NCBI RefSeq assembly: GCF_030144855.1
Contig: NC_082726.1
Span: 48,546,001 to 48,610,000 of the forward strand
Source: Hypanus sabinus
Lineage: Eukaryota
Direction: 5' to 3'
Length of the DNA stretch: 64,000 bases
Part shown: piece after piece, positions 11,811 through 25,037 of the stretch
How the letters are laid out: the number at the start of each line of letters is the position of its first letter
How positions within the stretch are numbered: the first letter of the stretch is position 1
Notes under the pieces: model-generated
Seen by the model: only the letters and a program-made list of their open reading frames with translations
Databases searched by the model: none
What the model was told of the DNA's origin: nothing
Translations under genes and position numbers: made by a program

Positions 11811-12676
11811 TTATGTATATAAGCTATCTTTTATATTTATATTTATTGTTTATTTTATTATTATTGTGTTCTTTTTCTTATTGTGATTTTTTTTTGTGTT
11901 GCAATGGACCGGAGTAACAATTACTTTGTTCTCCTTTTTCATTTGTGTATTGGAAATGACATTAAGCAATCTTGAGTCATTTTGGCTTTTGTACATTGGT
12001 TGTTTATCTGTCTTTGTTTTTTCATTAGTTCTATTATGTTTCTTTGTATTTATCGTTAATGTCTGCAAGAAATTAAATCTCGGTAGTGTATGATGACAAA
12101 TATGTACTTTGATAATAAAATTTACTTTGAACTTTGAGGTGGTGTTTTTTCAGAGGTGGTGACTGCTGGATCAAAGGCTTTTCAGGCATTGAGAGCTTCT
12201 TGGCTGATCTGTATGCTTACCCCATTGATGCAGCACCTTTTGTCATCTGCTAACCAACTGAATTAAACAGAAACACTTGTCTCCAGGGTAAGGCATTTCA
12301 TATGATCTGTCACCCACAGCCTTATGGCAGAGGAACTTCCATTCACCTTCCTTTACAAAATGGCGTAACTCTACTTGTGAAATTTGTTTTGGCTCCCTCA
12401 TCAGAAGAAATAGCTTGCCTGGTCTATTCAAATGCTTGTCTTGCTTTCAGCAATTAAATCACTTGAACTTTTTAAACCCAAATCAACTCAAGGCCAAGAC
12501 AAAACGAGCTGCTATCATAGTTCAGTCATTTTTAGCACCAGCAGGTTTCGCATTTCCAAGGCTGGGTATGTTTCCAGATGATTGGTCCCCACAGCTGAGT
12601 GCAGTATTCTAGCTTGGTTTGTACTGAAACTCTGTCTGCCTGCTCCCTGTAACAGGTTCTCTCTAAATCCTTTCAG

Positions 12677-12904
12677 AATGTTGGAGGAGGAACTCCAGTC
12701 ACCAGAGTTCGGGCGACAGACATGGACTCCGGTGCCAATGCTGTACTCTATTACTACATCACCATGGGCAATGAAGATCTCACTTTCCGTATTGATCGGC
12801 TAACTGGAGAGATTGTTACACGCCCTTCTCCTCCAGATCGGGAGAGACAGAGTTTTTATCAGCTGACAGTTACAGTGGAAGATGACGGTACCCCTTCACT
12901 CTCA
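12677..12904 (+). CDS. CDH23: Cadherin-23 internal coding exon (extracellular cadherin repeat, approx. EC15; equivalent of human exon 38)
   Basis: Acceptor tttcag|AAT at 12676/77 and donor TCA|gtaagt at 12904/05; 228 nt, phase 0-0. Translates NVGGGTPVTRVRATDMDSGANAVLYYYITMGNEDLTFRIDRLTGEIVTRPSPPDRERQSFYQLTVTVEDDGTPSLS, with cadherin AxDxDxG, DRE and xDxGxP motifs. Closely matches recalled human CDH23 NVGGGTAVVQVRATDRDIGINSVLSYYITEGNKDMAFRMDRISGEIATRPAPPDRERQSFYHLVATVEDEGTPTLS. Confidence 0.96.
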
Positions 12905-15900
12905 GTAAGTGTTTTGCTTTAATTTACATCACTGTATTCTGTATAAATTGCAATCATACAGCACAGACGGAGCTCAGTGTGCCCATCAGATCTGTGCTTC
13001 TTTTCTATTTGTCTCAATCCCATGTTCCTTTGCAATCATCACTCTAAATGTTTTACCTTGAAGTATTGATCCAGTTCCTTTCAATAGCCACTTTCAATTG
13101 AACATTCCACATCACAACTGGCTGTGTATCAAGGAACAAAATTTTTCGCTCTGCTACTTTTGCCAATTGCAAATCAATGCCCTCTAGTTATCACTCACGG
13201 GTAGATTTTGCAATGTTCTATAAAAAGTCTGATTGGGATTTTAAATGTAATTTTTCTGCTTTAGCAGTTTCTCTAAGCTCACAAGAAATTCTGCTGTTTC
13301 GATAAGCTCAGCCAGGTTTAAAAATACTGCAAACTATCTTGAGGCCATAGAGTTTAAAATTTCTTTAATCATTCATTCACTTCTCTTTCCTCCATTAAGA
13401 AGCTCCTTAAAACCTATGTTTTAACCACTCTTTTTGTAATGTTGGTTGGTTCTATCAGCCTTTTGTTGTGTCTATTTGTTTAGCAAGTAAATCAAACCCT
13501 TTAATCAGACGTCCTATATTGTTAACGAACCATGCCTCATTAATAGTGATGGATTTTAGAACAAGTCATATGATGTGGCACACCTAATTCCTGAAGGCAC
13601 ACGTACAATATATGCTGCAGTTCAGTATGCCTCAGCATGTTTATAAACAGAAACTTGTGACAAATTTGTATAATTCAACTGACTTTCCTCTGGGTGGAAC
13701 AACTTCTTCCAAGGATGTTACCATTGCAAACCTGTAGATCTTAAGTACAGTATTGCTTCAGAGGATTCTGTGCTTGAGGATGGTGGATCAGTACTGGAAG
13801 GTGGGGGCTAGTTCAAGGCAAGGTTAATACAGCAATAGTTGAAAGCCATCAACAATGGATGCTAATGGATAAGGGCAGCCTTGCAAGAGCCATCCTGCTG
13901 GAAAACTACATGCTATTTCCTTATTTATGTATGTCATCGGATACTGATGTCTCCACAAGCCTCATTCCCAACATGGGTTGAGCAACGCATGCTGTCCACC
14001 ATAATAGATTTCATTGCTCACTGTAAGTAATGTCAATGCTGGATGTCAGTGGTCTTCTAGCAAGACTATTAATCGTGATCCTTGTGATGATGTTGGTAAG
14101 ATGCAAGCCACAAGCTGCTTGGTAAAGGCTTTGATGTTCAATATGTCCAAAAGTTACATATTTTCTTAGGTCACAGGGAGTGTTTATGAGGGGAAGGTTT
14201 TTTTTTGCGTGAATATACTTAATAAGTAACTGAGGAATGAAGATTTATCATCATTAATATAAATTGTAAAGTTTCCAAGGAAGGAACTTTTAAAGCATTA
14301 TTGTTTTTACATTTTCACTCACAAGTTTGAGAGGGTGAATTCAATTGTTTGCTGTTGCTAGAATTGCTCTGTTCTTAAATAATTTTGTGCATTTGTTGCA
14401 CTATTTCAGTAAACGAATTACAGCGCACAGACTTTCTATCTGTATGTTACATACTTACTGATATTCTAGAGTGGCTCCTGCAGCCAGTTAAGCCACAAAG
14501 GTTGATTTTGTGCTTATATCTTAACAATGATATTTAAAAAGCATCATATTTTAGAATATTACTGAATGTAATATTGGGTGCCACTTGTAGCATAGGGTGT
14601 CAGAGATTGGTGTCCAAAACCAGTGCCCTTTGCAAGTCCTCATGGAATGTGTGGTTTTCTCCGGGTGCTCCAGTTTCCTCCAACAGACCAAAAATGTACC
14701 AGTTAGTAGGTTAATTGGCAATTGTAAATTGCACCGGGACTAGGTTAGAGTTAGACAACTAGGGTTGTCGGGGGTTGCTGGGTAGTGAGGCTCGAATGGC
14801 CGGAAAAGCCTATTCTGCATTGTACTTCTAAATTAAAAAATAAAGAACACCAGTTCATTATTGTTTTTGCTTTACCAACTCTAATTGTATGTTTGCCTTG
14901 AGGTTTTATTATAACAGCCAGTGTTCTCCCTGGTCATACAGACGCTTCACCTACTTGGCCCTGTCCCATAGGTCTAATTTATAGTACTACAAATGACTAA
15001 CCAGAAAAATGTCTTTTCTTGAAACAGCAACAACATGGAAATTACTTCCACATGCAAAGGGTAATAAAGATTTGGAACACTTTCCCAAATGGCAATTGCT
15101 GCACAGATAAGGGTTAATTTTACATCTGAGACTGATAAATTTTTATTAACTAAACATTTAAAAGGATATGGGAAATGACAGAAAGGTCCCAGACTTGCGG
15201 TAATCTCTCAAATGGCAGAGCAGTTACAGCAATTCAAGATTCAGGTTATTTATCACGCGGACATTGAAACGTACAGTGAAATGAGTTGTTTGCATTAACA
15301 ACCAACACACCCAAGAGTGTGCAGGGGGCAGGCGGCAAGCGTCGCCGTACATTCCGGTGCCAGCACAACATGCCCACCGTGCTTGGCAGAACAGTACAGA
15401 ACAAGCAACAACAGCGAAACAAGCCCCGCTCCTTCTTCCCACCCACATACATACACAATCCTTCAACCTCACGGCAGGTCGTTTCCTTCGGCCTCCGACC
15501 TCCGGCAGACCTGGACTTGGACAAGACTGAGGGTTGCGGACATTGGACTAGAGACTGATGCTTCCACAAGCACCATTTCCGGCATGTTGAGCAATGTGTT
15601 ATCCACTGTAATGGATTTCTTAGTTCATGTAAAAAAAAATGTGAACTCTGATTTTACTGTCTGACAGGGCCATCCCTAATGACCTTTGTGGTGATGATAG
15701 TTGTTGAAATGAGCTGCTGTGGTCCATATGGTGAGGCTAATTCCACTCTGCTCTTGCACGGAGACTTTGGATCTAATGACAATAAAAAAAGCTATCCATC
15801 TATTTTCAAGGCAGAACGATCTGTGATCCTTGTGAGGTCAAACTCTACACTATTTAACCTGAGAGCTCATCGCATCTAATGTGGATTAACACTTCCCCTA

Positions 15901-16552
15901 AAACAGTAAGATTTTATATGAGTGCATTAAGTATTTCTTCCCCTTTCTCCAAACACAGTCCATGTTGTTCTGGCATTGATTTTGCTTCCTCTGAGCATTT
16001 TACACATTTCCTTGTTTTTATTTGTGTTGATTCAAATAGAGACCAGCGAATAATTCATAGTAAACTCATCACTGGTGCACTTAATTTATAAGCAAAATGA
16101 TCTCTGGTAACTTCTTTAGTCACAAGCAATGCATTTGGCTCAGAAGTTAACTAGCTTAGAAAACTTGACAGGTCATTTGGGCCCTTAAATAAATGAAGTT
16201 TGTGCTGTTGTGTAAGTTTTATTTTATTGAAACGTAATTGGTTTTTCACTTGCCAGTCAATCATAGCAGGAAGTAAGGAAAAAAAAATTATTGGGTAACA
16301 ACGTAACAGTCCAGTATTTTTTATTTGCTCATATAACACAGATGTCATTGTCAATGCTTGTATTTAGGTACTTGTTGTCAGAAAGTCTTAAAACAATGCT
16401 GTCTGTCTACAGGCCTTTCGGCTCAACCAGGCCATAATGACGACAGCATCAACCCAACTACACCCAATTTTTGCATTGGGCTCATATCTCTCTTGGTCAT
16501 TCAACTCCATGTACTTGTTTAAATGATGTGCTATATGTCTTAAATGAAGATA

Positions 16553-16790
16553 GCAGCAGCATGGTAGTGTAGTGATTAGCACGACGCTTACAGTACCAGC
16601 AACCCCATTTCAGTTCCCACCATGGCCTGTAAGGAATTTGTACATTTTCCCCATAACTACATTTGTTTCCTCTGGGTGCTCTGGTTTCCTCCCATGGTCC
16701 AAAAACATGCTGGTTGATTGGTCATTATGCATTGTACCATGATGAGGTTAGGATTAAATTGGGGGCTTGCTGGGCCACGGGGCTCATGTA
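16553..16790 (+). mobile_element. V-SINE/HE1-like SINE (other copies at ~60-390, ~14640-14840 and ~48150-48290 minus)
   Basis: tRNA-like head plus V-domain-like gtttcctctgggtgctctggtttcctccca..tccaaa. Confidence 0.65.
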
Positions 16791-17820
16791 TCTCAACATG
16801 AGGATGTTGCCATGACTTGAGGGCCTGAGTTATAGAGAGAGTACAGCAGGCTAGGACTTTATTCTGTGGACCATAGGAGACGGAAGGGAGTGACCTTATA
16901 GGAAGTGTTTAAAATTTTGAGAGGCATAGATAAGGTGGACGGTAACAGTCTATTCCCCAGGATCAGAGAATCTAAAATAAGGGACATACGTTTAGGGTGA
17001 GAAAGGGAAAATTTAAAAGGGACCTTTTAATGCAAAGTGTGGTGAATTTATGGAATGAGCCTGAATTTAGAAATTCATTGGCCTAGTTTCTCCTGAACTG
17101 AGGGCACATTCTCAGGAATGAAATCACTTTCAGACTAGATTAGGTTAGGGACAGACAGAAACAAATTTTTTTTTCTATGACAATCCATGCTCAATCTCTC
17201 TTATTCTTTGAAATTTTAGGTTTATTTAGTTACTTGAATTTAAGTGCCCCAGCTGTTTTTGGTGGAATTTGAATTCATGGCCCAAAGCTCTGTCTGCTGG
17301 TCTTAATAATAATTCCACACCTGTAGGTACTGTGCGTGCTATTTTTCTGTGATCTGCTGTGACCAGCTGTTAAATCATCCAGTCGAGCATGTGCTCAGTC
17401 ATTGCCGGCACAACATGGGATTGCTGCCTTGAAACTTATTTGGAACAGCCCCTAGTCATTCCACTGACAGCACAACATATGTTCCATGAATGTAAATAAG
17501 GTCGGTAATCTGTCACAAGTGACCTCTTACTGCTCCACAAACTATTTCCTGGGAATGGAATATATTACAGGAAAAAATATCAGAATGCTTAACATTCACA
17601 TGCAAGGGTTTTCTCAGCAGGCATGGGATGGGGGTGTACTTCAGGAATGCTTAATATACTTTTGGCTGTTCCACGTTTATTTTTTGTTTCATAAATTGCG
17701 TTAGCCAGAGGTCTGCCCAGGTAGTGATTCAGGGACTGTGACCTCCATGGTCTATGATATCTTTTGCTAACATAGATGGAGGCAATTCAGTCCATCAAAT
17801 CCATATCCGATCTCAGAACA

Positions 17821-18648
17821 CACACAAAATGGTGGAGGAACTCAGCAGGTCAGGCATCATCAATGGAGGCAAATGAACAGTTGACATTTTGGGCTGAGGC
17901 CCATTGTCAGGACTGGAAAGGAAGGAGGGCAGAAGCCAGAAATAAGAAGGTGGATGGAGGAGATGGAGAATAGAAGCTGGCAGGTGGTAGGTAAAGCCAG
18001 GAGAGGGGGAAAGTGGGTGTGTGGGGGTGGGGGATGTAGTACGAAGCTAGGAGATGATAGTTCCCCCACCCCCACCTGATCTTGGCCCAAAATGCTGACT
18101 TCTGTTGCCGCAAAACAGCAAATTTCATGTCATATTCTCTCTGGGTAGTCTCCAACCTGATGGCATGAACGTCAATATCTCTAACTACCAGTAATTTCTC
18201 CCCTCCTCTCTCCTCTTCTTCCATTCATCATTCTGGTTATCTTCTCACTCTTTCCTTTTCCTCACCATCACCTCTCTCTGGTTGTTTTCTTCCTTCCCTT
18301 TCTTCCATGCTCCACTGTCCTCTCCTATTAGATTTCTTCTTCTTCAGCTCTTTACCTCTTCCACCTATCACCTCCTGGCTTGTTAGATTATCCCTCCTCT
18401 CCCACCCACCAAACTTCCCGCTCACCTGCTCTCACCTATCTCAAGCCAGTCTGTCTTCCTTCCCCTCTCCCCAGACTCCTTATTCCAGCTTCTGACTCCT
18501 TCCTTTCCTGTCCTGATGAAGGATCTCAGCCTGGATCTTTTGATTGTTTATTTCCCCTGCATAAATGCTGCCTGATTTCCTAAGTTTCACCAGCATTTTG
18601 TGTGCGTTGTTCAAGATTTCCAGCTTCTGCAGAAGCTCGTGTTTCAGG
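17821..18648. mobile_element. Penelope-derived fold-back insertion (older, more degenerate)
   Basis: Inverted arms of the same 3'-end sequence, with a GIY-YIG C-terminal remnant at ~18130-18190; TSD TCTCAGAACA (17811-17820, 18649-18658). Confidence 0.8.
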
Positions 18649-21600
18649 TCTCAGAACAATCACATCAGTCCCACACCACCACTTATTTTCCTTGTAACTT
18701 GTTCTCTCACACATGCCCACTCACACCCCATAATTCTCCTGACGTACCATCCAGGTGTAACTTACAGAGGCCATAAACCTACCAGCTCATCTTTGGGGAT
18801 ATGGGAGAAATACAGAATAGCCAGAGGAAATGCACACAATCACAAGAAAAATATGCTAGCTCTGCACAAAATGCACTGAAGGTCAGAATCAAACCCAGAT
18901 CACTGGGGCTGTGAGATGGCTATACCACCTACAGCATTATTGGCTTTTCTGCATTGGGAGCACAGTTTCAGGAAATCAGCAGTCTACCTGCACACAATGT
19001 GTCTTGGAATGTTTCTGAGTCAACAGAAAAGTGTTGTGACAATGAAGACTGGACATTGCATGAGCAGTGAATCTCTCACTGGGCAAATATACATCTGTGC
19101 CGCATGTGTTAAAGCATTGCTCAGCGTCGTATTCGTTTAGCTTATGAAAGACGATTACATAGAGTGAATGTATCAGCAGGAAAATGCTGGAGCAACTCCA
19201 TAGGTCAGACAGCATCATTGGAGGAAAATGAAGAGTTAATGTTTCAGGTCGAAACCTACTCCTGGACTGGATACTTACTTAATGTGCATCAACGTAGGTG
19301 GAGATGTGAAATGATGGGTATGCTAGCAATAAATGTAAAGTGGAGCTCATTTAAAATTTATCTGAAAAATATTTGCATTTTTGCAATGCTTTTCATAATC
19401 TTAGGCAACTCAAAGCATCAGTCAGCCAATGAAGAACTTGTGAAGATCAGCCGTTGCTGTTTTGCTTGAACATAGAAACTTCCCATATACAACCAAACAA
19501 TAATATACTATTGATCAATTTTATTGATGTTCCTTGAAGGATAAGTGTTGGCCAGGTCCTCAAGAAGAACTGGCTGTCTCTGAGCAATTGTGCAGGGGGA
19601 TCTTTAATCTCCACTTGATAAAGCAGGGGACTTGGTTTTAAATTCAAAATGCATCACCTCCTACAGTACCATTGTCCTTTGGTAATGAAGTAGAAATGAC
19701 AGTCAAAATATTCTTAAATCACTGAATTGAGACAAGAGCCTGCAAACTTCAGACTAAGGGCAAGAAATCTAACAACTGAGCCAGAGTATAAGAATGCTAC
19801 AATATATGTTAATGATTCATTTCAAACCTTTAACATTGATGACTACACACTGTGCTTATATTAGTGGTATGACAAATATGGTTTGTTCTGCAATAACAGG
19901 TGCAGTCACAGATGTTTCCGTAGGTCTGTGATCATTTACAGACTTTAATCTTCCACAGTGACATTGCATCATGGAACATCCCTACAGTCACAGTTCTGTT
20001 CAAGTACACATTGCTTGCAGGAGTCATCCTTACCGGCCCTGCTAAAAGATGTACAGCTTATTGACAAAAGAATCATGAGATTTACTGGATTAATGTGTTT
20101 TACAGCAAACAATATTAATCTGACTTCTTTGATGTCATGCGTTTTTCTTTGTTGTATCTATTGCTCTTACTTTAATCCAGCAAGCTTGCAGCAATGCACA
20201 GAAACTCATTTTTATAGAACATAGAACATTACAGTACGGTAGAGCCCCTTCGGCCCACACTATTGTGCTGACCCTTTAACCTTTTCCAACAGTAATTTAA
20301 CCCTTCCCTTCTTCATAACCCTTCATTTTTCTATCATACATGTGCCTATCTAAGTGTTTCTTAAATGCCCCAATGTATTTGCCTCTACTGCCACCCCTGG
20401 CAGGGTGTTGCTCGCACTCTCCACTCTCTGTGTAAAAAAAAACTTATCTTTAAAATCCCCCCTATACTTTACTGCAATCATCTTAAAATTGTAGCTCCTG
20501 GTATTAGCCATTTCCACCTCAGGGAAAATGCCTCTGGTTATCCCCTAGATCTATGCCCCCTATCATCTTGTACATCTCTATCAAGTCACCTCTCATCTCC
20601 TTTTGCTCCAAAGAATGATGAGATAACCCATAAGAGAGGATAGAAGGAATTAGGAATCAAAGTGAAGCTCTGTCAGAAAGTGGCAGCTCAAACAAAAATA
20701 AATTGGAACAACAGAAACAAATTAAGAGAAGGAGTAGTCATTTAAACAATCATTAAGAACATTTTTTAAAGTAACATGAGAAGATTTTGTAGATTGCTGT
20801 GTTGGTTCTTGGGAAGACTAATTAGCAAACTGAGTATGGAAAATCAATGAACGTTTTTGATCAGTAAAGCAAAGAACTGACAGCTACAGTCAAGATAAGT
20901 GAAACAGCATTCTTTATGCTTTCAGCTATACATATTGGTTTGAGAGTTACTTATTGTCACAGAGTATGCAATGTCGATGTGTTATGAATTCTTTAATCTT
21001 AGCTTGATGCTGTACACAACACAGTGTGTCCTTGGTTCAAAAACAAAGAGATCTAAGACAACTGGACATCAGGTCCTGCCTGAATGTAACGTGAAACACA
21101 CTCAAACACACACACATGCACATAAGTATACTCTGTCCACATAAACACTTCTTCAATCCTCTTCCTCTCCATCTAAGCCCACCTACTTCCTTTACACTAA
21201 CTTACCTAATCCTCCTTCCCTTCTCAGCCCCCTCAAATACTTCCCTCCCTCCCTGTACGTCCCATTCAGTCCCACCTCCCTTTATACTAAACTGCTCCCT
21301 CCATTCCGTATTTTCCCCTGCCCTGATCTTCCCTGACACACCTTTCCCCTCTGTATTCACCTCCCAATGATGTTTTTCTCTAATTCCCTCCTGTCAATGT
21401 CTTCCCCCAAACCCTTCTCAATGTTGTTTTCTCTCTTGCCCACTCCAATCCACCACTCTACCCTAACTCTGTCACAGCCTATGGGTGGAGGCCTTAGATC
21501 TTGGAAGCCATGAAGGGTGAGGTAATTGATGTGGGTCAGGTATTAGCAATCATCTGGTCTGCTCTGTGCTGGGGTGGGGGGAGAATAAAACAGAATTATC

Positions 21601-23022
21601 ACATAAAAACTTGCTTAGAAGTCTTATACATCCTTCAGACTTCAGACTACATCTACATGCCTGCATTAGAGGGTATGAGCTACAAGGAGCATTTGGACAA
21701 ACATTGGTTGTATTCTCTGGAGCAACAGAGGTGGGGTGGGACCCGATAGAAATTATAGAATTATGAGTGGCATGGATTGTGTAAACAGTCAGAGTAGGAA
21801 TATTTAAGTGCTAGAGGGTGTGTATTAAGGGTGAGAGAGGAGAGTATATTTCTGTTTATTTATTTAGAGATGCAGCACGGTACTAGGCCCGAAAGGCCCA
21901 CCAGATGTGTGGAGCAAGATAATGCACAGAGAGTGGTGGGTGCCTGGAACAGATGTGACAGTGACATTTAAGCGGTTTTTAGACACATGATTATGCAGGG
22001 AAAGGAGGAATTTGGATTGTGCAGACTGAAGAGATGCAGCTTAATTCAGAATCATGTTTGGCACAGACATCATGGGCTTAAGGGCCTGTTCCTGTGCTGT
22101 ACTTTACACTACATTCCCATAATCAATCATTTCACTTGTTGATGAATCACATTGACCCCATCCTGATCTACCGTCGGAGTTTATTTGGCTCAGGTTCAGA
22201 CTATATTCCTTTGGAGTGTTCATGTAATGCTGTCGGATCAGTGTTGAGGCTTAGATTAAATCAACCCTCCCCTGGCAACAAAGAAAACTCCGTCTCTCCA
22301 TCAAGAAGTGCTAAATGAAAAAAAGAACAGAAACTGGTATTGAATGCCAAGCTGTTTCCTTGAAAATGAGTCATAATTATTAAAAATTAGCATTAAGAGT
22401 GAAGCTGTTGTCTATCATAATAAGATTGATTCAAAATACCTGCATCCTGCCTCTCCTAAAAACCTCTGGTAATTGTAAAACGGAAATTAAGGGTTTATTT
22501 AAATAAACACAGAATGATCAGAGGTGCAGCGAGAAAGAGATTCTGCTGCACCATTTCTGAGATTAACCACTTCCCAAGGGGTTTTATGGTACATAGTTCC
22601 TAAAATCGCAAAAGAAAAGAATTAAAAAGCCAACCAAAATGTGGTCAGTTCTGACCATTGTCAAGAAATAGCTTTGGTTCTGAATTACTGGTTGATCTTT
22701 TGAACTCTGCCCTCCCCAAAAGAAAATTGCAACTGCTCATGTGTATCGCACGCTTGCAGGCAAGACTTTAGAGAAGCAGAGATGCTGTTTACAAAGGCTA
22801 TCGAGTTAAATCAGTAACTACAAACATGGTGCTCCTTTTCAGTGAGTGATAAAGTCCATGAAGGCCTCAGCACGGGGGTGAATAGTTGAAGGAAGGATCA
22901 TCCTTTGAGAGAAAGCCCCAAAAAAGGAGTTTAGAAACAGGACAGCCACTCACCACCCTTTCATCCCTCACACTTCCTACGTCATTCATCATGATCACAG
23001 TTAACAAGGGGTGTCAACTAAA

Positions 23023-24416
23023 TATACACCCAGTGGCCACATTATTGGATTAAACCAGCTCATTAATGCAAATATTTAATCAGCCAATCATGTGGCAGAA
23101 ACTCAATAAAAAGCACACAGACATGGTAGAGAGGTTCAGTTATTGTTCAGGGAAAACATCAGAATGGGGAAAGAATGTGATTTGTGACTTTGACTGTGGA
23201 AAGATTGTTGGTGCCGGTCCGGGTGATTAGAGCACTTCATGTTTAACATGGTGCAACCAAATATGTGTGACAGCTTACTGGTAAATCATAAGACAAGTGA
23301 ATTGACTAAAAACCATTATTTATAACATCTTTCATGAAGAAAATTGTGGTGAACTATCGCCGCAGACAGTGAGGAGGCAGGCGAAGGGGAGGCTGGTTTG
23401 CGGGGGGGGGGGTTGAGCAGTGTTGGGCATTACACAGGTGCAACATGTTTGAGCTGCGGACAAAGACAGAGATCGTATCGCTTCTGGAGGTGGACTGAAC
23501 AACTTGGAGAGGAGTCTATGCAGGAGAGTTTTGACATCCATCCACCTAACCTGGGTGTGAAGTTGGATCGGTCCAAGCACTGGGTCGATTTGGTGAGATG
23601 GAGAACGGCTTTGGGCCGGGAGAGCCAGGCGTATTGGGGAGCTGGGATTAAAGTCCTAGAACGTGGAACTACTCAGTGTTTGGACAATATAAATGCCAGC
23701 ACAGATAGACTGGAAGCCCCAGTGTTGGGTACAGAGGCAAGGGTCAAGCTGATTTCGCTCACTGCCCTGTGAGTGTTCATTCCTTTCTTCACAGCACCGA
23801 GGCTGTGATCTGATTTGGCTGCTATGTGTTTCTGACCTGCAGATGTGAAACCTGGGGACCGAGGCTTGGCTTGGGTTTACTCCAGCCGCTCAGGGTCTCG
23901 GTCTGGTTCAGGATGCTGGTGGCTTGCTTCTATTGTTTGCACAGTGTATTTTTTTGTCTCTTTCTCTGCACAGTGGTATTTGGTCTTTTTTAAAATTAGG
24001 TTATTTGAGTTTCTTGCTTTGTGGCTGCCTGTAATCAAACACATTTCAAGGTGTGTGATTTATACATTCTTTGATAATAAATGTGCTTTGAATCTTTGAA
24101 TCATAAACTCACACACAACAGTCTCTAGAGTTTATAGTGAATTGTGTGATGAACAAAGAACATACAATGAGCAGCAGTTCTGTGAAAATGTCTTGTCAGA
24201 GAGGTCAGAGGAGAATGACCAGACTGGTTCAAGCTGACAGGAAGGCAACAGTAATTCAAATAACCACACGCTACAATAGTAGTGTACAGAACACACAACA
24301 TGTCGAAACTTGAAGTGGATAGGCTACAGCAGCAGAAGACCATGAACATACAGAAATACATTCAGTGGCCACTTTTTTACATACGTCCTGTAGCCAATAA
24401 AGCGGGGACTGAGTGA
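23023..24416 (+). mobile_element. Internally deleted Tc1-like DNA transposon, interrupted by a ~23240-24105 insertion
   Basis: TIR-like cagtggccacattatt; transposase N-terminus MGKECD..DFDCGKIVGA resumes at ~24110 (TTVSRVYSE...RRMTRLVQADRKATV). Confidence 0.75.
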
Positions 24417-24961
24417 AAATTGGAGACACAAGAGACTGCAGATTCTGGAATTTGGAGCAATAAAGAAGAAGGTGGAGGAACTCAGCAGATCAGACAGCCT
24501 CTGGAGGAAAATGGACTCTTGGCATTTCAGGTTCAAAACCATTCATCTGGAACCAGTTTTAAAATTTAAAATGTGATCAAAAATGGAATAGATCAGCCAC
24601 ATTTTTGACAGATGATTCAGCTATAATGCAATAGTTACATTTCTCAGAAGCTTCACATTATAGAGTCGAGTCATTGCAGCCCATATAAGGCAAAAACTGT
24701 TCTCTAATCCATTGATCACTTAGTAACCAATTTTCATCATGGAAGCATGCATTATAGCATCTTATACTACAACATAAGAAATAGGAGCAGGAATTGGCCA
24801 TCTGGCCCATTGCGCCTGCCCCTGCATTCAATAAGATCATGGCTGATCTGGCTATAAACACAGCTCCACCTAATTGTCTTTTCCCTATAACTCTTAAATT
24901 CCTTGCTATGTAAAGATCTATCTAACTGTCTTCAATGTATTTAATGAGGTAGCCTCTACTG

Positions 24962-25037
24962 CAGGTGTTTCCAACCTGTGGTCCACGGACCCCATGTTTA
25001 ATGTCATATGGCTTAAAAAAACGTTTGGAAACCCATA
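24962..25037. mobile_element. 76-bp hAT-type MITE inserted in a CR1 3' fragment
   Basis: TIRs CAGGTGTTTCCAA / TTGGAAACCCATA; 8-bp TSD CTCTACT[G/A] (24954-24961, 25038-25045). Confidence 0.7.

Noticed and set aside
21150-21480. Pro/Ser/Leu-rich ORF in a pyrimidine-rich tract (also 46312..46626)
   Set aside because: Low-complexity artefact.
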